A stretch of DNA of 64,000 bases, from NCBI RefSeq assembly GCF_009914755.1, contig NC_060926.1. One strand, given 5' to 3'. The translations under genes were made by a program, and so were the position numbers. The notes beneath the pieces are model-generated. The model had not been told where the DNA came from, ran no database searches, and saw nothing but the letters and a program-made list of their open reading frames with translations. The stretch comes from the human T2T-CHM13v2.0 reference genome, Homo sapiens. This document shows, in pieces, positions 1-12,997 of the stretch (positions within the stretch are counted from its first letter, which is position 1; each line of letters begins with the position of its first letter).

Positions 1-419
1 AAGTTTTAACATGAAGCAAAAAGGTCCAATGGTCAGGAAGTGGGGGCGCAGTGTTGAAACCTGGCTTTTTCTGGCACAACAGTCTGGGTTTTTTTTTTTT
101 TTTTTTTTTTTAGCAGTACACCAACCAGCACTAGTCACCATTATAATCAGGAGAGTCCTGGTGAAGCCAAATTATTTTTTATGTAAAACTGAGTTATTTC
201 CTCCCTGGTAAAATCTGAGGAAAGATCCTAGAAAGCTTTACCAGATCACCTTGGTCATTGTGGCAATATTACTGCCCAGGGGCCATGGTTTCTGAAATCT
301 GTCTCTGAAATGTATGTTTAAACTTTAAGAGGAAAGTTGACTGAAGTTCACTAGCAAAAAAAAAAAAAAAAAAAATGTGCAAATACAAGGAAAGGAAAAG
401 CTTTACAAAGGAAAACACT

Positions 420-451
<32 letters not shown>

Positions 452-657
452 GGTCTACACACAGCTTAAAGGAAACTCAGAGTAAAGAGATAAGCAAAGC
501 ACATGCTTTAATATCTTAAACTATTCCCTGCAATTGTGGGGCAGTAGCTGACAAGTAGTGAGGCTGAAATGAGGATCATTTGGGGGAAGTCAAATGCAAG
601 GGATTACTTTTAATGAGGGGATGGATGATTTGTCGTGTTTACTCTTAGAATCTTTGA

Positions 658-1074
<417 letters not shown>

Positions 1075-1222
1075 TAAAGTTGCCTACAATGAATGAAGAA
1101 GCAAATGTTTACAAGGCATGCACTGATTGACAGGGGTGCTAACTCAAGGCAGTGCTGAGTGCCAGCAGTTGGCATGTGTCAAACAATTTCACCAAGCCAT
1201 CCTGGGTTGAAAAGTGATTTTA

Positions 1223-1663
<441 letters not shown>

Positions 1664-4600
1664 TTAATGAATGGTTCAATTTTATCCACTGATACTAATA
1701 TAAATAAGAATCACCTCCTCTGTGAAACCTCGTTTCATGAGTTTCCTTGATACTGCCCTATCACTTTGTGTTCATTCCCCAGTTAGAGACCCCCTCCTTC
1801 TGTTAAAAATGACCACATAATCCATGGCTCTGCATTTATGTTCACACTTGTGGGCAGAGGAAAGGGATCATATTCTTTGTACCCAACACTTCACTCATCG
1901 ATCTACTTGTGACAAACTACAAACTCTTTGAAGACTGGGCTCATTCCCAGTCTTCTATCTCTCTGATCTTCTAATATATCCAGCAAAGATCCTTAGTCAC
2001 TGTGGGGAATGATAAGGATGATGGTGCTGTATGGTTATAAAATATCACGTGCCCCAAAATAACTAAAAATATTTCTCCACTAGCAACCTCCACTTAATCG
2101 ATGAATATGGTAAGTCTTGAAAGGAAATTTTTAGACACATTTAAATCTTAGCTGGAAAAAGGGATGGCCTATCTCAAAGTGGCACAAATAAAGAGACTTT
2201 GGTATTTATTTGCAATGGTGTCTTGCCTTGTTCAGCCACTGATTGCCCAGTACTTTCTCCCTGTAGCCATTTCTCAAATTCTTCTTTACTGCCATGCTTA
2301 GTTATATGTCTGCATGTAAGCTTTAGAAAATTGGAATCTAATTGATTTACAGTTACACTTCTCTAAATATTAGTAGAGAAGTCTTTGGGAAGAGCATTTG
2401 GGAAAATGAATTGATGGTCAGTACTATAGTTCATCCAGTCTGTAGAGCTCAGTAATACAAACTGATAGGAAGGGAAAATAGGCGTCATCCCCGGTATGTG
2501 GTTGACAAGGAGGACTGTTTGTTTGCTGATGTACTGTGCCTCTCTAGAAACTCCTTTGTACCCAGCCAATAACAGTGACTTTGGGGGGACATTTTAGGTA
2601 ACAGTGACTGGATTTAAAATAAAAGTTTGAATTTGTGGGAGTCAATTTATCTGAAAAAGAGAAATATTTTCTCAAGTCGGTATATTGGACAAGAGGTGGC
2701 TGTTACATGCAGGCCTTAAGAAGAGGCTGGGGGAGGATGGTCGGTTTCCTAGATATGGTTAACCATACATCATCAGGAGAGAAATGAACTGGTCATTGAC
2801 TTCATCTAGCCAAATTCAACTGACTGATGGAATTTTTCCACTTTTCAGTGTCTTTGAATAATTTTCTTCTCTTAAATTCATGCATGCCAATAAATACAGG
2901 CATAAATATACCTTCACAGTATATACAGACACTTAGTAGGTACATAAGTGAGAATTCTGAGAAAAATCAGTGTTCTGCCTATGACAATGAGTCATTCTTA
3001 ATTCATATTAGAATTAAATAAGCATGAAAATCAAAGTCCATTGCATACATGATTACTGCCAGAGCAGAATGGAGTGTGAATCAAAATCCAGTTGTACGTG
3101 TCTTCGTTCTGAGTGAAGTACCTGTTTAAAATGATTAAAAGTGATTTAAGACAAGTTAATCTGCTCCAACAGCATGGCAGATGTAAGCAGCAGGCTTGGA
3201 CCGCCAAGCCAGAGCCCTAATACTCCAACAGGTCAGTTCTTGCCGAGTGGGCTCAGGCAGTGTTGTTTTACCAGCCTGGCATCCAAGCTCTGGCACAGGT
3301 AATGCTGTTTCCAGAAGAAAAGTACTTATTGGATGTTTCTTTGGTAAATACTCCAAAGTGCCTGTTGTCTTAGAAGCAGATTCCATTCAACCCACAGAGA
3401 TCTCTCTGGGTCTCTTCTTAACCCCTCTGTTCATTCTTAACCATCAGATATTTACTAAGGGCCTATTACATCTCAGGCACTGTGCAGCGTGCTGGGGGGA
3501 TACAGTGGTAAACAAGACTCAGTTCCTTTGTCCCCTCTTTGTAGACCTCGCTGCCTATTGGGGGCATTCACATTTTCTTGTAATATATACTACACCAGAG
3601 GAGGTATAGTGCCTTGGACCCCTTAGGAGGGGCACTGAACCCCCACATGGACTCCCATGGGGGAGTCCATGAATTCTTCTTACAGAAAGTGATGGGAGTT
3701 GGCCAGAGAAGGCATTGGCGGATGCTGTTACAGACAGAGGAAACAGTTCATGCAAAAGCCTGAAAGTGAACACTTAATAGGCATAGCTTTTATTTGATAT
3801 TTACTCATAATTAAATATATATTTCCCATTTGAATATCAGATTAAAAGGCTTTTCCTGGTGGTAATTCTTTTTTAGCTTTCTTGTGTCTCCCCATAGGAC
3901 CTAACACAGAACCGGGTCTATGGTAAGGGATTGACAACTGTGAATTTCCTCCTCCCTTCCCTTGAGCAGTCCCATGGGAGGGTGAATGCTACCGTCACAG
4001 CCCTTACTGGGAGCTGATGAGTGAGGGCTACAAAGAGCATGGAGCCAGTAGATGCTGGAGGCAGGACAAGCATGAGATGAGGAAAGGCTACAGACAGCAA
4101 AGACCCACTTCAGCGGTTTACAGTTTTCTTAAGACCCAACGTTAACAGACTTGTCCTAGGTGAGCTCCTTTGAAATATGGGTGTTGTTGAGCTTAAAAAT
4201 CTAGAGTCAGTGAGTGCTATTTTAAGCCTCCAGACCCTTGGCCTAGGAGTTCAGGGGCAAATGCAGAAAAAGGAAAGCTTGAGAGCCAGAAAGCCCACAG
4301 ATTTGGGCCTTCCTGGTTAGCTCTAGGGGAATTCTAGATGCTTCAGTGTCCATTCTATGTTTAGCTTCCAGGTTTGTTCAGTTCAAAATTGTTGACCCTT
4401 GCCCTTAAACAATTTATCATTGATATTTTCTTCACGTCACTAAAATCCTGGATTCTTAGGATCTTTTTAATACAGTGTCCCGCACAGTGAGTGCTCCAGG
4501 TTTTAGTAATATGTTTGATGTGTTCTTTTATTTTGAAGCTGGAGTAGAAACAGCTGTATAGACTTGTTTATATATATAAAAGAGAGAGCACGCCCTAAAC

Positions 4601-5564
4601 CAGCATCTGATCCTAACCTCTCAGCTTCCAGATGTTCACAGTCATGGCAATATTCATCCAGTAGCTAATTTTTGCCCCAGCCTTCTCTTAGGGCATAGAA
4701 GCCCACTGCATTTGTAATGCTGGTCATATTGCACTTGATTACTTTTCACAGTATTGGTCTCTGCTATCAACCAGTGCTGTGCACTTGTGGGGAACGTATG
4801 ATGGCCAGCAGGGCCTCTCCACACTGACTTGGATCTTGAGATAGTTCTGAGTTGGTAAATCTTTGACAGTGAGTGGCTGTCACTGTGGGCAGCCTGTTAC
4901 CATTGAGGATCAAGGGGTAGACTGTCCTGGAACTTGGGAGTTTGGTCAGAGTTCTCAGTAGTATGCATAGCTCTGCCTAACTTGCATGGATAAAGAATTT
5001 GCTGGAAAGACATGAGACAGCTCACAGATACAGTAGGCAAACTGGAAAATCAATGGGAAAATGGACAGGGACTGGGGCTGGACCACAGCTGTGTTTCTCA
5101 GACATGGCCGTGGGAAAACACAGTGGGTCAGCTCACAGCCAGTTTGCCTTCATGCCACTGCCTCAAAAGTCACAGGAGTATCAGGAAGGCCAAGCCTTGG
5201 TGTTCCATGTTCACACACTGAGGTACGCCCTTTGTGGCAGACAGAGTCTGCTACAGTGGGCAGTAAAGATAAAATGAAAGCAAGCAGGTACAGACACCAG
5301 GTTACAATTCCTGGACAAATTATTCCAATGATATCCTCTTTCTATTCCTTACCTGGTTCCCCCTCTAGTTTTTGTTATTGTCATTTGCCATTGTGTTGTT
5401 CCCTTCCAGCATCACTTGTAATGTCATCAGTCAACAAAAAAAAAAGAGTAGATATTCGAATCTGTTTACATGACAGTGATTTTTTTAGTATGTGAGAAAG
5501 GGGTAATGAACTCGTGGTTTAAATGGTCAAGTTTGGAAACTGCTCATGAAGAGCAATTGGAGCT

Positions 5565-5730
5565 AACATTTGTTAAGCACCCACTCTGTGCCAGGAACTG
5601 GTATAAACCCTTTCCATATTACCTCATTTAGGCATCACAGTAAGCCTTTGAAATGAGTACTGTTATCCCCATTTTATGGGTTAGGAACCTGAACCTAAGT
5701 GAGACTAAGACATTGTATTCACATAGTGTT
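5565..5730 (-). mobile_element. MIR SINE
   Basis: aagcacccactctgtgccagg ... ttacctcattta ... tgttatccccattttat. Confidence 0.7.
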
Positions 5731-6199
5731 AATACTAAATCAGAGTAATCTTCAGACTTAGGCCTGGGAGACGTCACGTTCTCCTGCTCAATCTCAGGCA
5801 TCTCTGTCTTGCTATTCCTTAAGTAGCATCATAGGAGCTCCCTGTTTTGGTAAACGTTCCCTAATCTTTATGTCTTCGATCTTTTAATCAGTTTTCCAGT
5901 GGCCCCAAAGATAGATCTGTGGTTGACCATTAAAAATAAGGTTGATAAGCCAATGAAGTGTCATCACTGAGAAGTCAGGGCTGGATAACCACACACCTAA
6001 AGACCTTCTGCACTGGAAATGTTGGTGATCCTGGGGAGAGACCACCAGAGAGTGACCAGGCAGTCAGTATTTCTGGTCCTGCTCGTGGGCACTTGACTCT
6101 GGAGCAGGTGCTTTGAACTTGAGGAAAATATGGATGCCATAGCAGATGTGGGTCCTTCTTGGAGGAGCTCAGGGCTTCTCAGGACCTCCTCCACCACCT

Positions 6200-6410
6200 A
6201 GCCTAGACACTGGGTGGTTAAGAGTTTGCCTCTGAGTTTCAAATCTTAGTTTCCCACTCCTATACTAGCTGTGGGCCCCTGAGCAAGACGTGCACCCTCT
6301 CTAGGTCTCAGATTTGTCATCTTTAAAATGGGAGTGATGATAGTACCCATTTCAGAGTTTGGGGGAGAATTCGAGGAGCTCCTCCACATGAGGCGCACTA
6401 GTAAAGGCTC
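6200..6410 (+). mobile_element. MIR SINE
   Basis: ggttaagag ... ttcaaatc ... tactagctgtg ... ctcagatttgtcatctttaaaatggg. Confidence 0.75.
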
Positions 6411-9400
6411 ATCAGCACCGTCAGTGAGCACAGGGTCTTCATGGTTTTCTCCTTGTTTCACATGTGGATGGCAGAAGCCAAGTCTCAGAATGATACCTCC
6501 CATCCAAGGAAGGTGGGGGCCCATGGCAGGTGCTCAGTACGTAGCTGTTGATGAGTGGAAAAGAAACAAGGGCATGGACCAGAGTTAATCTCAGCATGTA
6601 CGTTCACAGCACTTTTACTCCTCAACGTTATTTTATTTTTTTTATATGTGTTGATTGTCGCTTTCCACACTAGGATATAAATGCCAAGAGGACAGGGAAC
6701 GTGTTTCCATAGTGCCAAGAACAGCGCATGTCACGTGGTAGTCACTCCATGAATATTTGAATACATGAGTGTATGGGTTTTTTTCTATGAAAAGGAGCAA
6801 GCTGATGAGGAGCCTGTGGGCAGCCTCTGCCCTGGAACCTCCTGAGCCCTGGGCTGACTGTCTCATTCTTCCATCGGGCACTCCAGGCAGCCTCGTGTTC
6901 ATGCTGGCTGAAGGCTGCCCACAGGAAGCTGCCTGTGCCTGTTCCTTGCCCCAGCAAACTACAGGGCCCAGGGCAGAGCCTTGCAGATTGGAAGCTGCTG
7001 AGTTATGTTGTAAGACTCGCTGGGAAATGCTGCCATTCCGATTTATTATTTTAATTGTTTTATAGTTTATACTTATGCCCTGCAGTGATTTTCCATTAAA
7101 TCAGAACACTTATGTTTTCAAAAAAGAGCAGGTATGGTTGTGGGTGTATATCTTAACAGCTAATCTCTGGCAATAAAAGCTGTTTGACAGTCATCAACAG
7201 ATTAGGAAATTAGTATTTGTTTAATTAACCTCCCTTAGGGACTATTAGCACATGAAAATAGCGAGTTTTTTTTAACCTGATAAGATGACAGATTTTGTTC
7301 TTGTGTATTCTTAAGGTTTCAGGTATAATTGTTTTTGTGGTTGTTTTCATTTTTATTAGCATAAACCATTGGGTTGGTAAAAATAATTACAAAATTGGAA
7401 AGAGACAAATAACACAAAGTATAATCTAATAAGTTACAATTAAACTTTTATTAATTTTATGTCATATTTACACTATATGTATATATTATACCACATAAAA
7501 TATAAATATGCATACATGAATATACTATTACATATATTAATCATACTGTATACTTTATCATACATACTTTGTTATACATTATATATACTTTGTTATATAT
7601 AAGTATATAGTATGATTAATATAACATGACATAGATATATAGAAACGTTGAGAGTTACATGTTGTCTGCGTACAGTCTCACAACACATGTTAATTATCTT
7701 TTTAGTTTTCACTGAAGTTTCAATTTTTGTCATAGCACTTGCTAAAATAAATTTTTAAGTCATGATTTCTTTATTTCAGAATAGACTGCTTAAAGGATTT
7801 ATTTGTCATAGATCTGAACCACCAACAAATTCCACATTCCTTTCTTCAGTTTGTTCAAAGCACTTGCTTTCTGGCTGAGAAATATTCCTTCCGCAGACCT
7901 CATTGCTCTGTTTCCACTTGGTCTGGCTCATTTGCTGGCCAGCTAACCTACCCACACGTAGCTTCATTAGAAAACACATTAAGATATGTCCTGTACACAG
8001 GTAGAAAGTGCTGCTTGTTTTGGACCCTTAGAGTAGCTTGAGAAGAGTAAAACTGCAAATGCCAAATGTGGGTCTGCTGTACTTCGTGTGCGCACCCTTG
8101 TGCCATCAGGATACTTCCATGACCTGAATCATAATTGAGAGACTTTTGCTTAAAAACTGGGGGTCACTTTTTCCCAAAGCAGAGATAGGTTATCCTTTTT
8201 GAGCACCTGTCTTCCTTGAATGTAACTTACTAATATTTCATCCACATCTATGGCCAAACAACCTGCTCTAGTGTGAGGATAAATCCGGCTGGTGACCACC
8301 AGCAAAGTCAGGGATTGAACAGCACTCTGAATTTTAGCTGAATGGCCTCAGGAAAATCCAAATCTTGCTCCAAGTAGAGTCTTTGGGTTAAAGAAGGTAA
8401 AAGGAAGCAGTTGGCTGGGGATGGAGTCAGAGGCAGGGGTGAGGCTGTGGCCTTCAGGAGGGCCCTGGAGAGGGAACTCTAGACTCTTCCTGCCAGGATT
8501 TGAGAAGTGGTCTTGAAGCTGTGCCCCATGCCTTATCACCTCTGCTGACTCTCCTGGATCTTCTGATACATCTCTGCAAGTTCCCTGGGGGAAGTTACAT
8601 TTCAAGCCATAAGGGTCCACCTTAGCTCAATGACACTGAGCAGATTTGCAAGTAGTTCAGAAGGGATCACAGTTTAGGGAAGGGTGATTTTTAAAAAGGA
8701 GGAAGTAAAGAAATGTCCAGAGTATGGGCACCCCTTCTGATGGGCCTGGTGGAGTGGGGAGGAAAGAGAGGGCCCAGGAACACTGAGCTGATTTGGGCTG
8801 GGTCACCATTGCCCCAACTAACCTGCTCCTCAGGGACAGCCTAGGATTGGCAAAGGAGAAGCTGCTGGATCCTTCTTGGTTGGAAGACTGGAAGGCATGT
8901 GGAGAACATGGAACTCTGGTGGGTTTTCTCTGAATAGGGTTCTTCCCACATGCAGACTCTACTGCCTTGAAAAAGGGCATGTCTCCCAGTGTCACTCCAA
9001 GAGTTATTGCTTGCTTTCTTTTTTTCCCCAAGTGGAATTCTGGAACTCTCCTTCTTTCCCATTGGCAGGTTTGAGGTTTACAGTTACTTTCTTTACTAAA
9101 GCTATTCACTGGGCAGACCCTGATACACAATGCCTCTATTAGTCTGGAAAGTCTTTTCTCAAAAGATACAACCAATTATTATTTTTATTATTATTATTTA
9201 TTATTTCTAAATCAGAGTCTCAAAGCATAAAAAGAAAAAATAAACAAATATAAGTAAGGGCACGTGACTTTATCTGCCTGGGCCTCAGCTGGATAAAAAG
9301 ACCTCTGAACCACCCAAGTTCAGAGCCCTTCACTGACTGACCACGCTCTTTGTTTGAGATTCTCTTTTTGGGTTTCCCAAACACCAAAGTCCTCGGTGGT

Positions 9401-10819
9401 TGCTCTGTCTCAAGTCCCAACCATCAAGCGTTGTGCTTGCTTACAGATCATTTCCAGCCTTCTTCTCTTGTCACACTGTATGTGATCCTTTTCTCAAAAA
9501 ATCTCACCCACATTCATTCTTTTCCTCCAGCCCAAACCTTCACATATCACACCTAGTCAGCATGTCCAGTGAGGTGCTTCCAAGGGACCAATAATGTTCA
9601 GCATGCACGAGCTGAACTGCTGCTATCCTCCTGCCTCCCTCCAAAGCCTGGGCCTTCCTGGTATGTCATAAGTGCTCAGTAGATGTCCATCACATGGAGA
9701 AATGGAGGCTGTCTTTATCTCTAATCACCTTTGATTTTGTAAACTCTACCAGATTATGTCCTCCCTGATGAAGAGGAGGACTCTTCTTAACCGGCCTCAT
9801 TCGCCTGAGCCTGTGCAGCCTCGTTGTCCATCAAACCACAGGTCTAGGCCCATAACAGGGCATAAGCACAGCCCTGTACCCCTTCTTATTGGCATATATG
9901 CATATATGCACACGTGCGCGCACAAACACATTTCTTAGCCGTTGGAAAGCACCGCATGGTCTTAAAGCAAATACCTTCCATGGCCAAATTAAACAAATAC
10001 AAATGTAAGACTTCTTTTTTAAGAATAATAAAATCTGTTTTCTGTCCCTTCAGAGGTCAGTCCATTTTCAGCCTCCTAACCTTGAATGAGGCCTCTGATA
10101 TCCTCCAAGTAACTTGGGTGACCCCCACTTTGCAGGAAGACGTGCCTTCCCTACATCCCCGTCAAATTGTGTGGAGTTACATTTGTGTTTCCTCAGCTCT
10201 TTATCTGGGCTGGGGTGACCTAAAAGGGGCTAACCAATCTCCTAGCACGTGGCTCCTTATGTGGCTGGACATGGAAGACATACGCCTACTAGTTTTGGCA
10301 GCTTCTGGTCCTGACAAAGGAGCTTGAAGTGCGGTTTTCTGGCCTTCCTGTCCGGGAATTCTGGACCCGGTATTGGGTTCTACGGTCCACTTCCGCCAGG
10401 CTCCAAGAACGCCCCCAGAAAGGTTACTCTTGGTCCTTTAGCTGGAGTGGCCCTTTCTGTGATGACAGAGTGCTGGCTGGACTTGGAGCTACAAATCACT
10501 GGGCCCAAAAGAGGTGAAACCAGCAATCCTTGCCTTCTAAGGCAGTGATGATGTCCTGTTTCTCCCTCTGGTTTTAGAACTTGCCATCCTAGTACTCTGG
10601 CCTCATGTCCATCTCTCCTTCTAGACCCTAGACCTCTCCTTGAAAACAGGGATTGTGTCTTTCTTCCCTCTCCCTATCCTGAAACAGACTCTAAGTAGAA
10701 ACTCAATAACTATTATAGAATTATTACATAGTAGGGGCAAGTAGTCAATGAATATATCAGTGATTGTAATCATGCTGCCAATTTGATGGACGCTAAAATG
10801 GACTTCATAGAGACCCTGC

Positions 10820-11180
10820 CCATCATTTCGTTCTGACATTCAGTGAACATTGAATACTGGGTACTTTGCAGGGCCCTGAGGACCAATCATCATTTCGTTC
10901 TGACATTCAGTGAACATTGAATACTGGGTACTTTGCAGGGCCCTGAGGACCAATCTGTGAACACGAAGGCACCATGTCTGTTCTCCTGGAGTTCATGTGA
11001 GGAAACCAATAATGCTCAAGGCAATAAGCAAAATAATGACAAGTTGTCATTGTTGTAGAGGAGCTGACCAAAGTGCTGTGACTGACATTAAAGGAAGGGT
11101 TGGGGGTGGTAGTGAGGGGCTGCTTCAGGTAAAGTGGCCAAGAGAGGCATCTTTGGGATAAAGGCAGAGACCTCACAACA
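10820..11180 (-). mobile_element. L2 3' fragment containing the 67-bp duplication
   Basis: catcatttcg ... attgaatactgggtactttgcagggccctg ... ctcctggagttcatg pattern of an antisense L2 3' end. Confidence 0.5.
10821..10954. repeat. Perfect 67-bp tandem duplication
   Basis: catcatttcg...gaggaccaat at 10821-10887 is identical to 10888-10954. Confidence 0.97.
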
Positions 11181-12953
11181 AGAGGGTGTTGCTTGGTTCT
11201 CTTCCTGAGTATAATAGGGAGAATGGGTTGGAGAGTGCAAGAGAATGTTGGATTCAGCTGCCTCTGATGGTTTTGGCCTTAGTTTTAATAATTTTCAATA
11301 AAAATGTTTTACTCATTCCATACATTATCTGGAAATGTGTGTTCACATCATCTGGCTGCTTGGGGCCACGATCTGTGAATTCACTTTTCTGCTCTTATTC
11401 CTTCATCCATTTGACCAGTAGGTATTGAGACACTGGGATGCATCAGACACTGTGGGAACTTGGAGACCCTGCCCTCATGGAATGGTCCCTTGTGGAGGAT
11501 AGACACTCATAGTGGAACAGGAGACAGGGACCATCTGAAGGTTCCTCTGGCCTTCTAGCCTTTTCCATCATCATACACTCTCCTGATCCAAACTGGATGG
11601 ATGAGGCTAGAAGGCCATGGGGGACCACAAAGGGCCTCTCACACCATGCTAACAACCCTGCTTCTGGGGTGCCATTGAAGAATGCAAGCAGCAGGGGAGC
11701 ATCATCTGATTTACATTTCGTGTAAAAATGCCTGCTGGCAAAGGTTTGCTCCAAAGTGGAAAGGGAAAACATTTGGTGTGCAACAGCCAGGACTGCAAGT
11801 TCAAGCAAGTTCTTTCACGGGCTCCAGCTGCCTTCGCTTCCTGGATCTTAGACTGGAAAGGCCCTTGGGGATTAACTCATCCAGCCGTCTTATCTCATAT
11901 TTGAGGACAGTAATGCTCAGAAAAGTGACTTGCTTGTGGTCACTCTGTCCTGGGCTTTGCCCAAACAGCTGTTTTGATGACCAAGTTGATTGGCCTGGAG
12001 AGAGATAGGGGAACTAGGTGTAAGTGTCACGACGGATCGTCAGGCTAGCTCACCCACATGCTGGAAACACAAGGCAATGCCTGCTTCCCCTCAGCAGGGA
12101 TCAGGATTTTATCCATGAATATTAAGGATAAGAATGTACTTTCATTATTGTGGGTTAAAAAAAGTAATTGGATGATCATGCAATCAGATAAGCAATTCTG
12201 TAGTGATTCCAAGGCTTAATGCCCAGGTACAGCCACAGGCTGTTTATTATTATTTTTTCTATTGGCGGGATCAACCAGGTACCAGGCTATTTATTTTGGC
12301 TTCAAACCGAGATGTTGTTTGACACCTCAGGCTTCCAGCTGTCAGTGTAGTGTCTAAAAGTCTTCTCTCTCCAGTTGAGAGGACATCTATTTGATCAAAA
12401 TAGCATTGTCTGGCTTATCTGTTACATCTTATAAGCATGTTTCCATGAGTTAGAAACAACCACCACCCCAACAACTACAACTGTGTTCTCTATCCCATGA
12501 AAGGGCGGGCGTGTGGACACGATGTATATTTTTTTCTCCTCAAACAACACAGTGAAGTGATTCAGAGCATGGAAGTGGGGTCAGGCAGGGTGGACTCTGT
12601 TGCTCACTCACCACCTGTGTGTCCTGGGCCAGTCAAGTAACCCCTCAAACTCTTTTTCCTCATCTAGCAGGTAGGGATAATAACAGTCTTACCAGATTCA
12701 CAGAGCACTTGTGGGATTAAATGAAGTAAGAGATAGAAAAGATTTAACACTGAGCTTGGGATACAAAAGCATTTGGAAGAAGAAAAGTAGTTAATTGTGT
12801 TGCTCCTAAATGATTGAATTTTCCTATGCAAAGACTTGGAGAGATTTTCCCTGGAGATTGGCCCAGAATGAAATATTATCTTTGACTCTCGGTTATCAGC
12901 ACTGCAATGGAGAACTTGAAAAAAATTTACCTTGGGTTCAGAAACAAATTATG

Positions 12954-12954
<1 letters not shown>

Positions 12955-12994
<40 letters not shown>
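12955..12994. repeat. T40 homopolymer
   Basis: Directly visible, with no adjoining Alu or L1 body. Confidence 0.95.

Positions 12995-12997
<3 letters not shown>

Noticed and set aside
8348-9175. Adjacent minus-strand ORFs (90 aa and 172 aa) as a possible processed pseudogene
   Set aside because: No recognisable protein similarity, polyA tail or TSD; consistent with chance ORFs
3095-9920. Scattered RCGTG/CACGTG motifs (e.g. near 3095, 6732, 9261, 9911) as hypoxia-response elements or E-boxes linked to EPAS1 biology
   Set aside because: Short motifs at roughly chance frequency; cannot be called without ChIP or conservation data
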